Below, piece by piece: positions 56,801 through 64,000 of a stretch of 64,000 bases of DNA (positions within the stretch are counted from its first letter, which is position 1; the number at the start of each line of letters is the position of its first letter). Position numbers and translations under genes: made by a program. This DNA comes from Auanema rhodensis (taxonomy: Eukaryota; Animalia; Nematoda), in NCBI GenBank assembly GCA_964057225.1, contig OZ059895.1, forward strand, positions 1-64,000, in the 5' to 3' direction. Below the pieces are notes generated by a model, which had not been told where the DNA came from, made no database searches, and saw only the letters and a program-made list of their open reading frames with translations.

Positions 56801-59800
56801 CACGTGAAGCGAGTTACATACCAAGTGCACATCACGTGTACATTTAATTAGCATAAATTAAAGTTCACGTAAATTTCAAAGTCATGGTTACCATGAACCA
56901 ATATCAATAAAAATTTGTTTTAAGACTAATATGGACATGGGGAATCTAATTTTGAAAACCGCATCTCTTTATCTTTCACGTGAAGCGAGTTACATACCAA
57001 GTGCACATCACGTGTACATTTAATTAGCATAAATTAAAGTTCACGTAAATTTCAAAGTCATGGTTACCATGAACCAATATCAATAAAAATTTGTTTTTAT
57101 ACTAATATGGACATGGGGAATCTAATTTTGAGAACCGCATCTCTTTATCTTTCACGTGAAGCGAGTTGCATACCAAGTGCACATCACGTGTACATTTAAT
57201 TAGCATAAATTAAAGTTCACGTAAATTTCAAAGTCATGGTTACCATGAAGCAATATCAATAAAAATTTGTTTTTAGACTAATATGGACATGGGGAATCTA
57301 ATTTTGAAAACCGCATCTCTTTATCTTTCACGTGAAGCGAGTTACATACCAAGAGCACATCACGTGTACATTTAATTAGCATAAATTAAAGTTCACGTAA
57401 ATTTCAAAGTCATGGTTACCATGCACCAATATCAATAAAAATTTGTTGTTAGACTAATATGGACATGGGGAATCTAATTTTGAAAACCGCATCTCTTTAT
57501 CTTTCACGTGAAGCGAGTTACATACCAAGTGCACATCACGTGTACATTTAATTAGCATAAATTTACATTTAATTGGCATAAATTAAAGTTCACGTAAATT
57601 TCAAAGTCATGGTTACCATGAACCAATATCAATAAAAATTTGTTTTTAGACTAATATGGACATGGGAAATCTAATTTTGAAAACCGCATCTCTTTATCTT
57701 TCACGTGAAGCGAGTTACAAACCAAGTGCACATCACGTGTACATTTAATTAGCATAAATTAAAGTTCACGTAAATTTCAAAGTCATGGTTACCATGAACA
57801 TATATCAATAAAAATTTGTTTTTAGACTAATATGGACATGGGGAATCTAATTTTGAAAACCGCATCTCTTTATCTTTCACGTGAAGCGAGTTACATACCA
57901 AGTGCACATCGCGTGTACATTTAATTAGCATAAATTAAAGTTCACGTAAATTTCAAAGTCATGGTTACCATGCACCAATATCAATAAAAATTTGTTGTTA
58001 GACTAATATGGACATGGGGAATCTAATTTTGAAAACCGCATCTCTTTATCTTTCACGTGAAGCGAGTTACATACCAAGTGCTCATCACGTGTACATTTAA
58101 TTAGCATAAATTTACATTTAATTAGCATAAATTAAAGTTCACGTAAATTTCAAAGTCATGGTTACCATGCACCAATATCAATAAAAATTTGTTGTTAGAC
58201 TAATATGGACATGGGGAATCTAATTTTGAAAACCGCATCTCTTTATCTTTCACGTGAAGCGAGTTACATACCAAGTGCACATCACGTGTACATTTAATTA
58301 GCATAAATTAAAGTTCACGTAATTTTTAAAGTCATGGTTACCATGAACCAATATCAATAAAAATTTGTTTTTAGACTAATATGGACATGGGGAATCTAAT
58401 TTTGAAAACCGCATCTCTTTATCTTTCACGTGAAGCGAGTTACATACCAAGTGCACATCACGTGTACATTTAATTAGCATAAATTAAAGTTCACGTAAAT
58501 TTCAAAGTCATGGTTACCATGAACCAATATCAATAAAAATTTGTTTTAAGACTAATATGGACATGGGGAATCTAATTTTGAAAACCGCATCTCTTTATCT
58601 TTCACGTGAAGCGAGTTACATACCAAGTGCACATCACGTGTACATTTAATTAGCATAAATTAAAGTTCACGTAAATTTCAAAGTCATGGTTACCATGAAC
58701 CAATATCAATAAAAATTTGTTTTTATACTAATATGGACATGGGGAATCTAATTTTGAAAACCGCATCTCTTTATCTTTCACGTGAAGCGAGTTGCATACC
58801 AAGTGCACATCACGTGTACATTTAATTAGCATAAATTAAAGTTCACGTAAATTTCAAAGTCATGGTTACCATGCACCAATATCAATAAAAATTTGTTGTT
58901 AGACTAATATGGACATGGGGAATCTAATTTTGAAAACCGCATCTCTTTATCTTTCACGTGAAGCGAGTTACATACCAAGTGCACATCACGTGTACATTTA
59001 ATTAGCATAAATTAAAGTTCACGTAAATTTCAAAGTCATGGTTACCATGCACCAATATCAATAAAAATTTGTTGTTAGACTAATATGGACATGGGGAATC
59101 TAATTTTGAAAACCGCATCTCTTTATCTTTCACGTGAAGCGAGTTACATACCAAGTGCACATCACGTGTACATTTAATTAGCATAAATTTACATTTAATT
59201 GGCATAAATTAAAGTTAACGTAAATTTCAAAGTCATGGTTACCATGAACCAATATCAATAAAAATTTGTTTTTAGACTAATATGGACATGGGAAATCTAA
59301 TTTTGAAAACCGCATCTCTTTATCTTTCACGTGAAGCGAGTTACAAACCAAGTGCACATCACGTGTACATTTAATTAGCATAAATTAAAGTTCACGTAAA
59401 TTTCAAAGTCATGGTTACCATGAACCAATATCAATAAAAATTTGTTTTTAGACTAATATGGACATGGGGAATCTAATTTTGAAAACCGCATCTCTTTATC
59501 TTTCACGTGAAGCGAGTTACATACCAAGTGCACATCGCGTGTACATTTAATTAGCATAAATTAAAGTTCACGTAAATTTCAAAGTCATGGTTACCATGCA
59601 CCAATATCAATAAAAATTTGTTGTTAGACTAATATGGACATGGGGAATCTAATTTTGAAAACCGCATCTCTTTATCTTTCACGTGAAGCGAGTTACATAC
59701 CAAGTGCTCATCACGTGTACATTTAATTAGCATAAATTTACATTTAATTAGCATAAATTAAAGTTCACGTAAATTTCAAAGTCATGGTTACCATGCACCA

Positions 59801-62583
59801 ATATCAATAAAAATTTGTTGTTAGACTAATATGGACATGGGGAATCTAATTTTGAAAACCGCATCTCTTTATCTTTCACGTGAAGCGAGTTACATACCAA
59901 GTGCACATCACGTGTACATTTAATTAGCATAAATTAAAGTTCACGTAATTTTTAAAGTCATGGTTACCATGAACCAATATCAATAAAAATTTGTTTTTAG
60001 ACTAATATGGACATGGGGAATCTAATTTTGAAAACCGCATCTCTTTATCTTTCACGTGAAGCAAGTTACATACCAAGTGCACATCACGTGTACATTTAAT
60101 TAGCATAAATTAAAGTTCACGTAAATTTCAAAGTCATGGTTACCATGCACCAATATCAATAAAAATTTGTTGTTAGACTAATATGGACATGGGGAATCTA
60201 ATTTTGAAAACCGCATCTCTTTATCTTTCACGTGAAGCGAGTTACATACCAAGTGCACATCACGTGTACATTTAATTAGCATAAATTAAAGTTCACGTAA
60301 ATTTCAAAGTCATGGTTACCATGCACCAATATCAATAAAAATTTGTTGTTAGACTAATATGGACATGGGGAATCTAATTTTGAAAACCGCATCTCTTTAT
60401 CTTTCACGTGAAGCGAGTTACATACCAAGTGCACATCACGTGTACATTTAATTAGCATAAATTTACATTTAATTGGCATAAATTAAAGTTCACGTAAATT
60501 TCAAAGTCATGGTTACCATGAACCAATATCAATAAAATTTTGTTTTTAGACTAATATGGACATGGGGAATCTAATTTTGAAAACCGCATCTCTTTATCTT
60601 TCACGTGAAGCAAGTTACATACCAAGTGCACATCACGTGTACATTTAATTAGCATAAATTAAAGTTCACGTAAATTTCAAAGTCATGGTTACCATGCACC
60701 AATATCAATAAAAATTTGTTGTTAGACTAATATGGACATGGGGAATCTAATTTTGAAAACCGCATCTTTTTATCTTTCACGTGAAGCAAGTTACATACCA
60801 AGTGCACATCACGTGTACATTTAATTAGCATAAATTAAAGTTCACGTAAATTTCAAAGTCATGGTTACCATGCACCAATATCAATAAAAATTTGTTGTTA
60901 GACTAATATGGACATGAGGAATCTAATTTTGAAAACCGCATCTCTTTATCTTTCACGTGAAGCGAGTTACATACCAAGTGCACATCACGTGTACATTTAA
61001 TTAGCATAAATTAAAGTTCACGTAAATTTCAAAGTCATGGTTACCATGAACCAATATCAATAAAAATTTGTTTTAAGACTAATATGGACATGGGGAATCT
61101 AATTTTGAAAACCGCATCTCTTTATCTTTCACGTGAAGCGAGTTACATACCAAGTGCACATCACGTGTACATTTAATTAGCATAAATTAAAGTTCACGTA
61201 AATTTCAAAGTCATGGTTACCATGAACCAATATCAATAAAAATTTGTTTTTATACTAATATGGACATGGGGAATCTAATTTTGAAAACCGCATCTCTTTA
61301 TCTTTCACGTGAAGCGAGTTGCATACCAAGTGCACATCACGTGTACATTTAATTAGCATAAATTAAAGTTCACGTAAATTTCAAAGTCATGGTTACCATG
61401 CACCAATATCAATAAAAATTTGTTGTTAGACTAATATGGACATGGGGAATCTAATTTTGAAAACCGCATCTCTTTATCTTTCACGTGAAGCGAGTTACAT
61501 ACCAAGTGCACATCACGTGTACATTTAATTAGCATAAATTAAAGTTCACGTAAATTTCAAAGTCATGGTTACCATGCACCAATATCAATAAAAATTTGTT
61601 GTTAGACTAATATGGACATGGGGAATCTAATTTTGAAAACCGCATCTCTTTATCTTTCACGTGAAGCGAGTTACATACCAAGTGCACATCACGTGTACAT
61701 TTAATTAGCATAAATTTACATTTAATTGGCATAAATTAAAGTTCACGTAAATTTCAAAGTCATGGTTACCATGAACCAATATCAATAAAAATTTGTTTTT
61801 AGACTAATATGGACATGGGAAATCTAATTTTGAAAACCGCATCTCTTTATCTTTCACGTGAAGCGAGTTACAAACCAAGTGCACATCACGTGTACATTTA
61901 ATTAGCATAAATTAAAGTTCACGTAAATTTCAAAGTCATGGTTACCATGAACCAATATCAATAAAAATTTGTTTTTAGACTAATATGGACATGGGGAATC
62001 TAATTTTGAAAACCGCATCTCTTTATCTTTCACGTGAAGCGAGTTACATACCAAGTGCACATCGCGTGTACATTTAATTAGCATAAATTAAAGTTCACGT
62101 AAATTTCAAAGTCATGGTTACCATGCACCAATATCAATAAAAATTTGTTGTTAGACTAATATGGACATGGGGAATCTAATTTTGAAAACCGCATCTCTTT
62201 ATCTTTCACGTGAAGCGAGTTACATACCAAGTGCTCATCACGTGTACATTTAATTAGCATAAATTTACATTTAATTAGCATAAATTAAAGTTCACGTAAA
62301 TTTCAAAGTCATGGTTACCATGCACCAATATCAATAAAAATTTGTTGTTAGACTAATATGGACATGGGGAATCTAATTTTGAAAACCGCATCTCTTTATC
62401 TTTCACGTGAAGCGAGTTACATACCAAGTGCACATCATGTGTACATTTAATTAGCATAAATTAAAGTTCACGTAATTTTTAAAGTCATGGTTACCATGAA
62501 CCAATATCAATAAAAATTTGTTTTTAGACTAATATGGACATGGGGAATCTAATTTTGAAAACCGCATCTCTTTATCTTTCACG
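50850..62583. repeat. 9-monomer higher-order repeat (1626 bp), six copies: 50850-52475, 53004-54629, 54630-56255, 56805-58430, 58431-60056, 60958-62583
   Basis: Each copy has the same monomer order: TTTTAAG / TTTTATAC / GTTGC / TTGTTG / 197-bp G-type with GGGAAAT / TACAAACC / ATCGCG / GTGCTC 197-bp A-type / GTAATTTTT. Length 9x176 + 42 = 1626 was checked at each start. Confidence 0.9.
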
Positions 62584-64000
62584 TGAAGCAAGTTACATAC
62601 CAAGTGCACATCACGTGTACATTTAATTAGCATAAATTAAAGTTCACGTAAATTTCAAAGTCATGGTTACCATGCACCAATATCAATAAAAATTTGTTGT
62701 TAGACTAATATGGACATGGGGAATCTAATTTTGAAAACCGCATCTCTTTATCTTTCACGTGAAGCGAGTTACATACCAAGTGCACATCACGTGTACATTT
62801 AATTAGCATAAATTAAAGTTCACGTAAATTTCAAAGTCATGGTTACCATGCACCAATATCAATAAAAATTTGTTGTTAGACTAATATGGACATGGGGAAT
62901 CTAATTTTGAAAACCGCATCTCTTTATCTTTCACGTGAAGCGAGTTACATACCAAGTGCACATCACGTGTACATTTAATTAGCATAAATTTACATTTAAT
63001 TGGCATAAATTAAAGTTCACGTAAATTTCAAAGTCATGGTTACCATGAACCAATATCAATAAAAATTTGTTTTTAGACTAATATGGACATGGGGAATCTA
63101 ATTTTGAAAACCGCATCTCTTTATCTTTCACGTGAAGCAAGTTACATACCAAGTGCACATCACGTGTACATTTAATTAGCATAAATTAAAGTTCACGTAA
63201 ATTTCAAAGTCATGGTTACCATGCACCAATATCAATAAAAATTTGTTGTTAGACTAATATGGACATGGGGAATCTAATTTTGAAAACCGCATCTTTTTAT
63301 CTTTCACGTGAAGCGAGTTACATACCAAGTGCACATCACGTGTACATTTAATTAGCATAAATTAAAGTTCACGTAAATTTCAAAGTCATGGTTACCATGC
63401 ACCAATATCAATAAAAATTGGTTTTTAGACTAATATGGACATGGGGAATCTAATTTTAAAAATCGCATCTCTTTATCTTTCACGTGAAGCGAGTTACATA
63501 CCAAGTGCACATCACGTGTACATTTAATTAGCATAAATTTACATTTAATTGGCATAAATTAAAGTTCACGTAAATTTCAAAGTCATGGTTACCATGAACC
63601 AATATCAATAAAAATTTGTTTTTAGACTAATATGGACATGGGGAATCTAATTTTGAAAACCGCATCTCTTTATCTTTCACGTGAAGCGAGTTACAAACCA
63701 AGTGCACATCACGTGTACATTTAATTAGCATAAATTAAAGTTCACGTAAATTTCAAAGTTATGGTTACCATGAACCAATATCAATAAAAATTTGTTTTTA
63801 GACTAATATGGACATGGGGAATCTAATTTTGAAAACCGCATCTCTTTATCTTTCACGTGAAGCGAGTTACATACCAAGTGCTCATCACGTGTACATTTAA
63901 TTAGCATAAATTTACATTTAATTAGCATAAATTAAAGTTCACGTAAATTTCAAAGTCATGGTTACCATGCACCAATATCAATAAAAATTTGTTGTTAGAC

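Larger units (their letters stand above)
1..64000. repeat. Tandem satellite DNA array, 176-bp monomer, about 360 head-to-tail copies, runs off both window ends; probable eukaryotic centromeric or pericentromeric satellite
   Basis: TGAAGCGAGT recurs at 351, 527, 703 (176-bp period) and at exact 880-bp steps at 20901, 21781, 22661, 23541, 24421, 25301, 26181. No non-repeat sequence was seen. The repeat itself is directly visible; the centromeric role is inferred only from monomer length and AT content. Confidence 0.99.
25301..64000. repeat. Array domain C: monomers with TTGTTGTTAG, ATTGGTTTT, AATCGC, ATCGCGTG, TACAAACC, TTTTAAGAC, TTTTATAC and GTTGCATA variants, plus 197-bp and 184-bp length variants; organised into higher-order repeats
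   Basis: This variant set appears from about 25.4 kb onward and recurs in ordered cassettes to the window end. Confidence 0.88.

Noticed and set aside
1-64000. CRISPR or other repeat-spacer guide array (the palindromic segments could resemble direct repeats)
   Set aside because: There are no unique spacers: the entire 176-bp unit is repeated. No cas or other genes are present.
1-64000. Rolling-circle or concatemer artefact of one small circular template
   Set aside because: Shared, ordered variants, length classes and nested higher-order repeats indicate real array evolution, at least beyond 10 kb.

Overview
The whole 64 kb window is one uninterrupted head-to-tail satellite DNA array of about 360 copies of a 176-bp monomer, all in one orientation. 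The monomer is about 32% GC (57/176 by hand count). Consensus, e.g. 527-702: TGAAGCGAGTTACATACCAAGTGCACATCACGTGTACATTTAATTAGCATAAATTAAAGTTCACGTAAATTTCAAAGTCATGGTTACCATGCACCAATATCAATAAAAATTTGTTTTTAGACTAATATGGACATGGGGAATCTAATTTTGAAAACCGCATCTCTTTATCTTTCACG. I found no genes, RNA genes, transposons, unique spacers or inversions, and the single 83-aa ORF is a by-product of repeat variants. Monomer length, AT-richness and homogeneity suggest a eukaryotic (peri)centromeric satellite; this is inference, and I cannot name the family or organism. The array has three layers: a near-invariant domain (1-10 kb), a domain carrying GAAGC/GAACC variants (10-25.3 kb), and a domain from 25.3 kb with its own variant set, a 197-bp monomer class (21-bp internal duplication, about 34 copies), multi-kb block duplications and a 9-monomer 1626-bp higher-order repeat (six copies at 50.9-62.6 kb). 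The monomer is rich in dyad symmetries and has three TCACGT cores 32-33 bp apart, a degenerate CENP-B-box-like 17-mer and a POU-octamer-like motif. I see no support for a new protein-coding system; the interest lies in satellite and centromere architecture. All counts were made by eye and need computational confirmation.
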